64,000 nucleotides of DNA from Planctomycetota bacterium (GTDB lineage: Bacteria; Planctomycetota; PLA2; JAEUHO01). The notes under the pieces are model-generated. The model had not been told where the DNA came from, did not search any database, and saw only the letters and a program-made list of their open reading frames with translations. The stretch lies in the NCBI GenBank assembly GCA_965222115.1, contig CBDCTJ010000007.1, positions 2,048,001-2,112,000 on the forward strand, written 5' to 3'. A program made the translations under genes and the position numbers. Below are positions 27,027 through 36,997 of the stretch, piece after piece; position 1 is the first letter of the stretch; every line of letters begins with the position of its first letter.

Positions 27027-28628
27027 CTAGTTCAACCCGCCGATGCCGTCCGGCGTAGCGAGCACGTGTGTCCATGTGCCGGCTTCAACCGTGAACTCGA
27101 GGCGAACGATGGGGTTCGGGCTACCCGACTCGATGATGGTCGCTAGCGTGGGCCAGCTATTCGCGTCGTATTCGATCGACACGGTGCGTTCGTATAAGTC
27201 GTCGCCGTCATCGTCGTGGTCTTCCATCAGAACGTTTCCGTTGGCGTCGAACACATTGCGCCATTGCTCAGAGATCTGGCCCGACGTCTGGTAGTCGATG
27301 CGAGTCGCATACGTAGCCAAACCCAGATACGTGTTTTTCCGACGCGTGCTGGTGCCACCGATGAGATCGGCAATGACGCTCTCCAATCGACGTCCGTCGG
27401 CATCATAGGTAAATGTCTCACGCGACTCGAGGCCCAAGCCGCCAACCTCTTCGTGTTCGCGCATCGTGAGCAAGCATGCAGCATTCCACGTCATGGTCCG
27501 GCGCTGCTCGACAGAACCATCGTTTCCTTGATCGACTTCGACCATCGTCGGGTTTCTGCGCGTGTCGTACGTAGTGGTCTCCTTCGTCACGCTCCCCGGA
27601 TTGTTGAAGAAGTGAATGTCACTGAGAAGAACGCCAATCGAATCGTAGACCCAGGAGCGCGATTGGGGATCGACTGGACTCCCCGGTTCCTTGAGCGTTG
27701 CAAGGATCGGATACCCCCATGCGTTGTAGCTTGACACGAGCGTGTCCACCACGGCACCGCCGTCCTTGCGTGTTCGCGTCGTGGGGTGACCATTGGACTC
27801 GTAGGTGTAGCTGTACGTCTTACCTTCGGGTGCCGGCTCTTGAAGTACGCGGCCACCAGGTCCGTAGACCCAGTTTTCCACGCGTACGATGGACGAGGTA
27901 CTGAGATCAATGACTTCTACATGTATTCGATTTCCGAGCGCATCATAGGTGCGAGTATCTCGGAAGTCCGCCGTGTCATCATCGTCGATGTCGGCCGTAC
28001 TTTCGCCAATGCGATAGAAGCGATGCTGCACACCCAGATCTCGATAGAGTTGATCAAGCACGACGCCGGTGAGCGGGATGGGGTGTCCTGCACCTCCCCA
28101 TACACCAAGCGCCAGTCCGTCTTTGCGAAGCGTGCGCAGCGCAAGGCTTGAGCGGAACTTGTCTACGGGGAGCGTCAAGTCGAGACCCGCGCCATCGAGC
28201 AGCGTGGAGACCTGAATGCCATTGGAAGGATTGCTGTCGACGTCGAGGAAGTAGATGAGTGTGGCAAGATTGGCGAGTTTGATGAACGCGCTATCGTGTC
28301 GAATCGCATTGCGCGCGTGTCCGTTGGTGAGAGGCAACGTGACGCCGGGACAGAGGTCGAGCAACGTGAGTGATCCGCCTGCGGGAACGCTTCCAAGATC
28401 AAGCGTTCCGACTCGAAAGGTGATCGTCTCACCCGGCATGTAGGTGTACTCACCGGACGCGCCGGTGTGGCCCTGCTGGGTTGGTGTTTCGTAGACCAGC
28501 CCCTCGATCGAGACCCCCGACAACGTGCCGATGGGCGGGCCATCACCGCCACCGCCCCCGCCGCCACCGCAGCAGGGAAGTCCGATGGCCAACGACAATG
28601 CAAGTACGACCCGAGTGGCTAAATTCAT
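27027..28628 (-). CDS. Lipoprotein with adhesin-like N-domain and YD-like beta repeats
   Basis: LPCC then poly-Gly; GLVYET..QQGHT...GEYTY.PGETITFRVG; repeated TYD..GN/YD..G motifs. Confidence 0.72.
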   Translation of the reverse strand: MNLATRVVLALSLAIGLPCCGGGGGGGGDGPPIGTLSGVSIEGLVYETPTQQGHTGASGEYTYMPGETITFRVGTLDLGSVPAGGSLTLLDLCPGVTLPLTNGHARNAIRHDSAFIKLANLATLIYFLDVDSNPSNGIQVSTLLDGAGLDLTLPVDKFRSSLALRTLRKDGLALGVWGGAGHPIPLTGVVLDQLYRDLGVQHRFYRIGESTADIDDDDTADFRDTRTYDALGNRIHVEVIDLSTSSIVRVENWVYGPGGRVLQEPAPEGKTYSYTYESNGHPTTRTRKDGGAVVDTLVSSYNAWGYPILATLKEPGSPVDPQSRSWVYDSIGVLLSDIHFFNNPGSVTKETTTYDTRRNPTMVEVDQGNDGSVEQRRTMTWNAACLLTMREHEEVGGLGLESRETFTYDADGRRLESVIADLIGGTSTRRKNTYLGLATYATRIDYQTSGQISEQWRNVFDANGNVLMEDHDDDGDDLYERTVSIEYDANSWPTLATIIESGSPNPIVRLEFTVEAGTWTHVLATPDGIGGLN

Positions 28629-28836
28629 GATGAGGGGGTCTCCGGAAGAGAGGAACGAAATGAGACGGATGCACTGTTCTTGAGTCGCGTGTCGTCCAAC
28701 AATTTCAAAGAAGTCGAGCGTACGCGTGGGACTTCGTTTGAAACGTGAAGTGACTGGGATGGTGGCGGTGGTCGAAATGCTCACGCGAACGAAATGTGCC
28801 CCTTTGTATCCGGGGTTTGCGAGCTAGCATTCACGC

Positions 28837-30096
28837 GTGATTGCACCCCCCGAGACCTCAGACGCATCGGCAACGACGAAAGGCGTGCGGCCCTGCCGTG
28901 TCCTGTTTGTTGGTGGCGGTACGGCGGGTCATTTGGCGCCCGGGTTCGCACTGAGCGACGCGCTTCAGGCGCTTGGCGTGGAAACGCTGTTCGCCACGCC
29001 GGGCGAGGGTCGAGAGACCGCATGGTTTGCGGGTCGTCCGCCCCCGATTCGTTTGCCGGCTTCGCGCATTCCCCGCACGTGGATGGGCAAGGCTGGATTT
29101 CCCGCGCGCTTTCTCACACAGACGATTCGTTGTGGTCGCTCATTGGGGCGACTCGAGGTTGATTGTGTGGTTGCGTTGGGGGGCTGGCCGTGCGCCGCAC
29201 CTGCCCTTGCGGCATCACGTGCTGGCATTCCACTTGTGTTCGTCGCCGTCGATGCCGTACCGGGCAGAGTCGTGCGCTGGTTGGGAAAGCGTGCCGATCG
29301 CATCTACGTTGCGCATGAGAGCACGCGAGACATCCTGGCATTGGGGGCGCGCGTTGTCGTAACAGGGCCCCTCATTGACACAGATCGACTTGCCTGTCAA
29401 CCCGACACTGCCGCGTTCGGCCTGTCTTCGACCAAGCGGACGTTGCTAGTTACAGGTGGCAGCCTTGGCGCGCTCACGCTGAATCGACGCGTTGTTGCGG
29501 GTCTTGAGCATGCACTGTCGCAAGACGCCTCGCTCATTGATCGACTTCAGGTCATTCATCAAGTGGGTGGCGAAGATAAGGAAACGGAGGCCCACTATCA
29601 GCGTCTCGGCATCCAGCACTTTGTTCGCCCCTTCTTGAGCGATGCGAGCGATCAGTCTATGGGGGCCGCATATGCCGTTGCCGATCTCGCCCTTGCCCGT
29701 GGAGGCGCGAATACCGTGGGCGAGTTGATTGCCACGGTGACACCCGCGGTCGTTGTGCCCTATCCGTTTCATACGGATCGACAACAACACCGAAACGCAG
29801 AGATGCCGGTCGCCGCCGGTGGCGCCATCCTTGTGGAGCAAGCGGACCTATCCCCTGACCGAATTGCGGACGAAATCGTGCCCCTTTTGCTTGATGAAAA
29901 TCAGACCGGCGTGATGCGTGCCGCTCTTGAGGCCCTGCAGGCAAATCGTACGTACAAAGACGCAGAAAAATGCGACGTAGCGAGTGAAACCGCGCGCGAC
30001 TTGATCCGATTCCTAGACATGGGCCCGGAGCCAACGGGAAAGCCCAAGCAATTGGCCCAGCACGCCTCGGGATCGGGAGCCACGAATGTCGGATGA
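28837..30096 (+). CDS. murG: Lipid II GlcNAc transferase MurG
   Basis: GGGTAGH, TGGSLGA, AYAVADL..ARGGA.T..E, VPYPFH.D.QQ..NA. Confidence 0.93.
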   Translation: MIAPPETSDASATTKGVRPCRVLFVGGGTAGHLAPGFALSDALQALGVETLFATPGEGRETAWFAGRPPPIRLPASRIPRTWMGKAGFPARFLTQTIRCGRSLGRLEVDCVVALGGWPCAAPALAASRAGIPLVFVAVDAVPGRVVRWLGKRADRIYVAHESTRDILALGARVVVTGPLIDTDRLACQPDTAAFGLSSTKRTLLVTGGSLGALTLNRRVVAGLEHALSQDASLIDRLQVIHQVGGEDKETEAHYQRLGIQHFVRPFLSDASDQSMGAAYAVADLALARGGANTVGELIATVTPAVVVPYPFHTDRQQHRNAEMPVAAGGAILVEQADLSPDRIADEIVPLLLDENQTGVMRAALEALQANRTYKDAEKCDVASETARDLIRFLDMGPEPTGKPKQLAQHASGSGATNVG

Positions 30097-31630
30097 AGCA
30101 CGCATCATCGTGGGGCAACAAACCGATCGGCATGCCGCCGACCCCATGGATGTTCGACGGTCCGATCCCGTGCCCCAACCCACGCCTACACGTGCAACAC
30201 GCTTTGCCCCGGTACGCCAATCGCGCCCGGCCGGTCCCGACGTCCGCCTGTCCGACGTAAAAAGCGTCTATTTGATTGGCATCGGCGGTGTGGGCATGGG
30301 CGGCGCGGCACGCCTCTTGGCGGCGCGCGGCATTCGTATACAAGGCAGCGATCGCGACCAGGCGCGAGGCGTAGAGAATGTAGCGTCGCTCAGTTTGCGC
30401 GAGCCGGTGCCGGTTCATGCCGAGGCCCAGACGCTCCCCGGCGATGTGGACTTGGTCGTGTTCTCAGCGGCCGTTCCCGAGGTCCATCTTCAACTTCAGC
30501 AGGCCCGCGAACGAGAGATCCCCACTTGGAAGTATTCCCAACTCGTGGGCGCCTTGATGGAAGACCGCTTTGCGATTTGCGTGGCGGGTAGTCATGGCAA
30601 GACCACCACGTCTTCACTGATTGCCTCGGGACTCGTGTCGGTCGATCTCGACCCCAGCTTCGTAATTGGCGGCACGCTGCGGGCATTCGGTTCGGGCGCA
30701 CGTCACGGAAAGGGCACGGCCTTTATCGCCGAGTCTTGCGAATTCGATCGCTCGTTCCACAACCACTTTCCAAGCGTGGCCGTCATCACCAACGTGGACC
30801 AAGATCACCTCGATTACTACGAAGATCTTGCTGAGATTCAGGAAGCCTTCCGGGTGTTTGCCGCACGCGTTCCGGCGGGTGGCAAAGTGATTGTCAACGA
30901 AGCGTTCGCGCCTCTATTCCTGGACGACGATCGCATCCAGGCGCGTATTGAGACGTTTGGCTTCGGTGACGATGCACGCTGGCAAGCGCGCAACCCCCAG
31001 CTCTGTAACGGCGGCTGGCAAACCGAGTTTACGCTCGCGCACGCCGGCATGGATCTTGGCCGCGTGCGCATTCCCTTGCTCGGTCGTTACAACGTACTCA
31101 ATGCCACTGCGGCCGCCGCGGCTATGGCGTCTGCCGATCTGTCCGTGAAACAGATCGCCGATGGCCTAGAGGCCTTTGGTGGCGTGGGCCGTCGCCTGGA
31201 ACTCGTCGCCGACGTCGAAGGCGTGCGCATTCTTGATGACTACGGCCATCATCCGGCCGAGATTCGCGCGGTGATTCGCGCCTTACGACGCCGATACCCT
31301 GAGCGTCGATTGATTATCGTGTTTCAGCCCCACCAGGCGAGTCGCACCCGCTGTTTGATGACCGACTTTGCGGCGGTCTTGGCTGAGGCGAACGAAGTGT
31401 GGATGCCGCCGATTTACTTTGCCCGTGACAGCGAAGAGGAACGTCGTCGTGTGACGTCGGAAGACCTGGCCGCCCACATTCGCAACGAAGGTGGGGCGTC
31501 ACGTACGTTGCCCAATCTGGGCGCAGTGATCGATCACGCGTTACGGCATCTAAATCCACGTGATGTCCTCGTCACCATGGGTGCCGGCAACGTAGATGAG
31601 GTGGCACGTGGTATTGCCGAGCGTCTTTGA
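30086..31630 (+). CDS. murC: UDP-MurNAc:L-Ala ligase MurC with an N-terminal extension
   Basis: IGIGGVGM, GSHGKTTTS, ESCEFDRSF, DHLDYY, DDYGHHP, FQPH, TMGAG. Confidence 0.96.
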   Translation: MSDEARIIVGQQTDRHAADPMDVRRSDPVPQPTPTRATRFAPVRQSRPAGPDVRLSDVKSVYLIGIGGVGMGGAARLLAARGIRIQGSDRDQARGVENVASLSLREPVPVHAEAQTLPGDVDLVVFSAAVPEVHLQLQQAREREIPTWKYSQLVGALMEDRFAICVAGSHGKTTTSSLIASGLVSVDLDPSFVIGGTLRAFGSGARHGKGTAFIAESCEFDRSFHNHFPSVAVITNVDQDHLDYYEDLAEIQEAFRVFAARVPAGGKVIVNEAFAPLFLDDDRIQARIETFGFGDDARWQARNPQLCNGGWQTEFTLAHAGMDLGRVRIPLLGRYNVLNATAAAAAMASADLSVKQIADGLEAFGGVGRRLELVADVEGVRILDDYGHHPAEIRAVIRALRRRYPERRLIIVFQPHQASRTRCLMTDFAAVLAEANEVWMPPIYFARDSEEERRRVTSEDLAAHIRNEGGASRTLPNLGAVIDHALRHLNPRDVLVTMGAGNVDEVARGIAERL

Positions 31631-32486
31631 GCCAGCGCGCCTGTCGGCGCCGCCCTTGGCGACCCGCACGTCACTCAAGATCGGCGGTCGTCCGGAACTT
31701 TTCTTCGAACCTGAAACACGGGACGAAGCCGCCGAGATCATTCGTGCGCTCCGTGAGCAGGGAGTGCCCATCCACTTTTTGGGCGGCGGCTATAACGTGT
31801 TGGTTCGCGACGGCGTGCTGCCCGGTGCGGTCATTACCTCGCGTCGCTTGACCTATACGCGGCGTGAGCGCGACTGCGTTGTGGTCGGGGCCGGTATTTC
31901 GTTTCCGCGTTTGGTACGCAACGCTGCGGCGTGGCACATTCCAACGATCTCCGGTTGTCCAGGCATCCCAGGCCAAGTGGGCGGCGTGATTGCCATGAAT
32001 GCCGGTGGCCGCTTTGGATGTGTCTCCGATGCGCTCCTTGCTGTGGAAGGGGTAGACGACGAGGGCAATCCCTTTGATGTTGCTGTGGACGGATCCGCAT
32101 TTGGCTATCGCACGAGCCCGTTTCTCGGCTGTTTCATTACGGGTGCAACATTTCGACGCCTGCCTAGTTTCGATGAATCCGAAGCGAGAGCTCGCTTTCA
32201 GGAAGCGATGGCTTGGAAGCGCGTGACGCAGCCCCTGAACGTCGCAAGCGCTGGTTGCATGTTCAAAAATCCTGCGCCGAGCCTCTCGGCGGGTCGGTTG
32301 ATCGAGGCCGCTGGACTCAAAGGCGAACGCGTGGGCGGTGCGCAAGTTTCCGATCTACATGCCAACTTCATCGTGAACCGCGGAAACGCTACGGCGGAAG
32401 ATGTATGGCGACTTGTTCGGCGCATACAAGAACGCGTCGAAGAAACCTCGTCCATTGCACTCGAACTCGAAGTGCGAACGTGGTAA
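31596..32486 (+). CDS. murB: UDP-GlcNAc-enolpyruvate reductase MurB
   Basis: KIGG, LGGGYNVLV.D, GIPGQVGG...MNAG, FGYR.S, SAGCMFKNP, HANFIVN, LELEV. Confidence 0.94.
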   Translation: MRWHVVLPSVFEPARLSAPPLATRTSLKIGGRPELFFEPETRDEAAEIIRALREQGVPIHFLGGGYNVLVRDGVLPGAVITSRRLTYTRRERDCVVVGAGISFPRLVRNAAAWHIPTISGCPGIPGQVGGVIAMNAGGRFGCVSDALLAVEGVDDEGNPFDVAVDGSAFGYRTSPFLGCFITGATFRRLPSFDESEARARFQEAMAWKRVTQPLNVASAGCMFKNPAPSLSAGRLIEAAGLKGERVGGAQVSDLHANFIVNRGNATAEDVWRLVRRIQERVEETSSIALELEVRTW

Positions 32487-32529
32487 CGCTCGACAAACCG
32501 GGCTAACACGCCGTAGGAGGGGCACCCTC

Positions 32530-33984
32530 TTGTCCATCTCGAGTCAGTTTGCGCGAACGAAAATCGTTGCCACCGTTGGGCCTGCGTGCGACTCAATTGC
32601 CAAGCTTGAGGGACTCATGCGCGCGGGCGCCGACGTCTTTCGCATCAATGGCGCCCACATCGAGACCGAGGAGATCGAGGGATGGGTCAAGCTCATTCGC
32701 ACCGCCTCCAAGCGCTGCAAAACGCACGCTGCGGTCATGATGGACTTGCCGGGTACAAAAACGCGCGTCGGCGAACTGCTCCCCGACGGCGTGCGCGATC
32801 TCCGAAACGGTGAAACCGTGCGTCTTGTGGATCGCGACGCCTCTTCCGAACAATCAGAGATTCCGGTCGAACCTGGCGCGTTTCTCGAAACGGTCAAGCG
32901 GGGCCACAAGCTCCTGTTGGCCGACGGTCGCATAGAACTCAAGGCCACCCATCGCCGCGGGCGTGTCGTAACCGCCGTCGTCACGCACGGCGAAGTGCTC
33001 ATGAGTCGAAAGGGTGTACACGCCCCCGATTCGCAGGCCGGTCCATCGGTGCCAACGGCACGTGACCGCGCGCTTGCCGCAGCAGCGCTTGCCGCCGATG
33101 TTGACATGCTTGCCCTGTCGTTTGTGAGTGGCTCGGAGGATGTTGTTCGTTTGCGTCGATTGATGAAGCGCGAAGGGCGTCCCCTTGTACCTGTCGTTGT
33201 CAAGATCGAGCGTCGTTCGGCGCTTGAAGTGATTGACGAAATCATGGTGGTGGCAAGTTGTGTGATGGTGGCGCGGGGCGACTTGGGCGTCGAGATTGGC
33301 CCCGAGGCTGTCCCCACGGCCCAGCGAACTATTCTTGCCTCAGCACGGCGTGCCGGACGTCCCGCCGTTGTTGCCACGGAAATGCTCGACTCCATGATCT
33401 CGCGGCCGCGTCCCACACGCGCAGAAGCGCAGGACGTTGCCACCGCCGTTGCGCAACACGCCGATGCGGTCATGTTGTCTGCTGAAACAGCGGTCGGTGA
33501 GAACCCCAAGCGTGCGGTTGCCACTATGAATCACATCTTGTTGGCGGCCGAGCGAGAAGCCGACGAGCCCACCGCGCATCGCCGGTTGCGTAGCGACGAC
33601 AGCGGCCCCGTTATTGTCCCCACGCGACCTGATCAACACGTGGTTCGAGCCGCCGTGGACCTCGCCACCTACACCGGTGCCAGCGCCATGCTCGTGCTCA
33701 CTCGCGCCGGTGCATCTGCATTTCGACTTTCCAAAGAACGTCCGCGCGCACCCATCTTCGCACTCACCTATGACGACGAAGTATGTCGCCGCGTGTCCCT
33801 TTGTTGGGGCGTGCGCGCGCAGACCATTTCACATAAGAAGGACACCAAGGCGGCCGTCGAAGGCGTCCTGGAGTCGTTCCGACGCGCCCGCATCCTCAAG
33901 AAGGGCGACCGCATTGTGCTCGTCAAAGGCGGCGAAAGTGACCCGGCCGGCACCACGACGATGATTCGGTTTGTCACGGTCTAA
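32530..33984 (+). CDS. pyk: Pyruvate kinase
   Basis: RTKIVATVGPA, DLPG.K.R, KIE, MVARGDLGVE, ATEMLDSM...PRPTRAE, DAVMLS. TTG 32530 follows AGGAGG. Confidence 0.95.
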   Translation: MSISSQFARTKIVATVGPACDSIAKLEGLMRAGADVFRINGAHIETEEIEGWVKLIRTASKRCKTHAAVMMDLPGTKTRVGELLPDGVRDLRNGETVRLVDRDASSEQSEIPVEPGAFLETVKRGHKLLLADGRIELKATHRRGRVVTAVVTHGEVLMSRKGVHAPDSQAGPSVPTARDRALAAAALAADVDMLALSFVSGSEDVVRLRRLMKREGRPLVPVVVKIERRSALEVIDEIMVVASCVMVARGDLGVEIGPEAVPTAQRTILASARRAGRPAVVATEMLDSMISRPRPTRAEAQDVATAVAQHADAVMLSAETAVGENPKRAVATMNHILLAAEREADEPTAHRRLRSDDSGPVIVPTRPDQHVVRAAVDLATYTGASAMLVLTRAGASAFRLSKERPRAPIFALTYDDEVCRRVSLCWGVRAQTISHKKDTKAAVEGVLESFRRARILKKGDRIVLVKGGESDPAGTTTMIRFVTV

Positions 33985-36068
33985 CGAGTCAGCGACACGT
34001 TCACGTCTTCCCCGGGTCGGAGCATGATGCGAGCCTCGATCGCCTCGGTTTCGCTCTTCAACCAGGCCTTGAGCGTGAATTCGCCTGACCATTCAGGAGT
34101 AAGTCCGACGACTTCGATGCCCCCCGATTCTATCCAGCCCAACCGCTTGCGGTTGCTGTCATCATAGAGTTCGATTCGCACAAGTTCGCAGCCTTCCGGT
34201 GCCCGCACGTTTAGGGCGCCCGGGTTCCGGAGCAGCGTCACGGTGGGATTGTTCACCAGCTCATCCATGGCAAATGCAAAAAACTGATGACCCGGCACAT
34301 GAAACTCAAGACCACTCATGGCCGGATCGAGCCCTTTCAGAGTGAGCCGACCCGCGACGTCAAGTACAAGGGGCATTCCACGAAGTGCGCCGAGTGTACG
34401 TGGGGGGCCGTTTTTGCCTATTACCGAGACATCCACGGATCGATTCACAATCGCCTCTCTCCGGTCATCAATAAACTGAAGATGGAGCGGCGAGATGGAG
34501 CGAATGAGTCGCACGACAGTCGCCTCGTCTTTTAGCGCATCGTCATCCGGATCCAAGCTGAACTCACCGGAACGTGCTTGTGCGAAACCCTCCGCGTAAA
34601 CGTGCCAGTGTTTATGGCCCTCGTTTGAGAGCGGGTAGAAATCCTTGAAGGACGCAACGCGTATCGTCGCGATGCCATCCACATTGGTCTTCGCCTTGAC
34701 CATCGTTCCATCGGGATGAAGGAACGGAGTGTTGTCGCAAAGAACGCACGTGGCGCCGGCAATCGGCTGGCCTTGATCATCGACCACGCTACAGGTAACA
34801 AGCACCGGTTCACGCTCCGGAAAACGTACAGGATGTTCCAGTGACTCGGGTTGATGCTGATCGTCATCACGGCTTAGTCCTACATTGACAGCAGCACCGA
34901 CGATTGGTCCGAGGGTGTCGCAAAGCACAACAAGCACTTGGGTTGGCTCGTTGTCGCGATTGGCAACGTCGCGTATCGCGTCGTCGAATTCACGATCCAG
35001 GTCTACGGCGAAGGAGCCGTCAACCTTCACAGCCGAGGCGGCGAGGATTTGCGGGACGTGTGGCGACACGCGCCGGCTCGTACGTTCGCGATCGAATGCG
35101 TGATAAACGTGTATCGTGAGCCCATCATCCCGTTCGGCGGCCCATTGAGGAATCTCGCCACGGATTCGAAATGGTCTCGATTTGCTTGATTTGTTGTTGG
35201 AGGCCGAGGATTGATCTCGATCTGATGGCAGCGCCTCGGTTCTACGTGCATACAACGGGTTGTTTCCGGTCGCTTGTTTTGAGCCACGCAACAATCCAGG
35301 TGACGGACTCGAACCGTTGGACGATTTATCGGTCGTTGCGTCGAATCGAGTTTCCGCATCCTTCGCGTCACCCCACTTCGAGGTCAACGGAATGACGCCG
35401 ATAGCAAGACCGAGCACACCGAGGCCGGTCGCGATCTTTGCGATTGGAGGGCGCATGGGGGTCCGGAGGTTTGACAAGGATCCCGATCTCGCTGTGCGCG
35501 CCGCAGGCGTCGAGTTGTGAGTTGATGAGCCGTGGAGCAGGGGCGCGACCAGCGAGCGCCATACGTGGGTGCCACCTTGCGTCCTATCGACTCGCTTGCG
35601 CAACTGGCGAAGCGCACGCTTGAGACGCGTTTTAACTGTGCTCCTGTGCGCTCCTACGAGTTCCGATATCTCTAGCAGGCCAAGTCCCGCGAAGTAGCGC
35701 AGGTACACCACCATCCTGTACTTCGGAGAGAGACGGCCGATTGCGTTCGTGAGTATCTCAACGTCTTCTCGTTCGCCAAAAGATGGCGGGCAAGGATCGT
35801 CCGGCGTTGCACACGTGGGCGGCACGCCTCGCTCCCGAATCGCGTTGCGACGATGCCCTGACCGCAGACGATTGCGGATCGCGGCATATAGGTAGGCGTG
35901 TGCGTTTCCCCTAAGCCGACCGGGCTTGCGCAGTAGCGCGAGCAACACGTCCTGTGAGGCGTCCTCAGCGTCGTGCACACTCGATGCCATCGTGCGTGCC
36001 ACGCGGTTCGCGTAGGACTGTATGTCGTTGCCTTGGGTGTCGTTATCGATAGGGGAATTTTGTGTCAT
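33981..36068 (-). CDS. ECF sigma factor fused to a TM helix and a large extracytoplasmic beta-sandwich region
   Basis: Sigma2 DAEDASQDV; sigma4 LSPKYRMVVYLRYFAGL..EI......STVKTRLKRA; TM at GLGVLGLAIGVI; VVDDQGQPIAGA (carboxypeptidase-regulatory-like). Confidence 0.85.
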   Translation of the reverse strand: MTQNSPIDNDTQGNDIQSYANRVARTMASSVHDAEDASQDVLLALLRKPGRLRGNAHAYLYAAIRNRLRSGHRRNAIRERGVPPTCATPDDPCPPSFGEREDVEILTNAIGRLSPKYRMVVYLRYFAGLGLLEISELVGAHRSTVKTRLKRALRQLRKRVDRTQGGTHVWRSLVAPLLHGSSTHNSTPAARTARSGSLSNLRTPMRPPIAKIATGLGVLGLAIGVIPLTSKWGDAKDAETRFDATTDKSSNGSSPSPGLLRGSKQATGNNPLYARRTEALPSDRDQSSASNNKSSKSRPFRIRGEIPQWAAERDDGLTIHVYHAFDRERTSRRVSPHVPQILAASAVKVDGSFAVDLDREFDDAIRDVANRDNEPTQVLVVLCDTLGPIVGAAVNVGLSRDDDQHQPESLEHPVRFPEREPVLVTCSVVDDQGQPIAGATCVLCDNTPFLHPDGTMVKAKTNVDGIATIRVASFKDFYPLSNEGHKHWHVYAEGFAQARSGEFSLDPDDDALKDEATVVRLIRSISPLHLQFIDDRREAIVNRSVDVSVIGKNGPPRTLGALRGMPLVLDVAGRLTLKGLDPAMSGLEFHVPGHQFFAFAMDELVNNPTVTLLRNPGALNVRAPEGCELVRIELYDDSNRKRLGWIESGGIEVVGLTPEWSGEFTLKAWLKSETEAIEARIMLRPGEDVNVSLTR

Positions 36069-36271
36069 GGAGGAAAGGTCTGTCCCGAGCGCGTCATTGC
36101 TACTACTATCACGCGTGAGCCCGCCCGTGGGGGTCAACGAAATCAGAATTCTTGCACTCATCTGATGGCGACGAGGTGGGTCTCTACAAGTCGATTTTCT
36201 GAGCCCTACGCGCCCGCAGGCTCAAGGAGGCCGCCCGGCTTTTTCCAGCTGTTGCGTATAAAGAATCGGAT

Positions 36272-36757
36272 TTGATGGCTCGCGGCTTGCCAAGAAATCG
36301 GATTCTCCTTCGCTCCAGCGAGCTCCACGAACGCTCAGAGTGGAGGCAGTGGCGGTACCTGCTTCCGGCGTCCGCGATCGTTGACATTCCTCAACACGGA
36401 GTATCGTCAACTGAGTTGAGGTTTGAGCGTGGAGGCATCCTTGAACTCTCATTTCTTGCGCCGTTAAACAAGCGAGGAAACTGGTATGGGGATGACTATC
36501 TGCTAGAGGCCAACCTACGAAATGAGCAAGGCAAGTCCATGCCCGTCAAGTGGTACGACCCGGATCCTAGTGGAGTACGGTACGCGCAATCGGTGCTTAC
36601 TTCTGCAGATGGCTGGACAAGCACGGCTTTGCCTACGGGTCGCTATCAGCTCTTGCTGAAGTCGAGTTTCGAATCCGTTCCGTTGTCGCCCGTGTCGCTA
36701 CGCTTCGAGATCGTGCCTGGGGAGACCACGACAGCGAGCGTTCTGCTTCGAAATTGA
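36272..36757 (+). CDS. Hypothetical protein or fragment with a beta-sandwich C-terminus
   Basis: 161-aa ORF ending LPTGRYQLLL...IVPGETTTASV; no convincing start or signal peptide. Confidence 0.45.
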   Translation: MMARGLPRNRILLRSSELHERSEWRQWRYLLPASAIVDIPQHGVSSTELRFERGGILELSFLAPLNKRGNWYGDDYLLEANLRNEQGKSMPVKWYDPDPSGVRYAQSVLTSADGWTSTALPTGRYQLLLKSSFESVPLSPVSLRFEIVPGETTTASVLLRN

Positions 36758-36997
36758 CGAACCTTGCAGCAATTGGCTTCGCAAGATCTCGGTCTGGATT
36801 CCGGAGCCCGAAGCGAGTTCGAGTTGCATCATGCGAGGCTCTCGGATTCAGTCACGCTTTCCACGCGCGCGACCCTGATGCCTCGCTAAGGTCCACGCCT
36901 CAGTTTCGATTCAGCCACATCGAATCCGTTCGATTCGTCGACTCGTCTTCGACCTGGACCCAAGAACAGTGACCCCCTAGTTTCCCGAGGAGCGTTT

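Noticed and set aside
27027-28628. Rhs polymorphic toxin
   Set aside because: Too short, no DPxG cleavage motif, no toxin tip or immunity gene.
28794-28820. CPFVSG upstream of murG as a remnant of the ftsW LPFIS motif (att-like duplication)
   Set aside because: Only 4-5 codons of similarity with poor nucleotide identity; compatible with chance.
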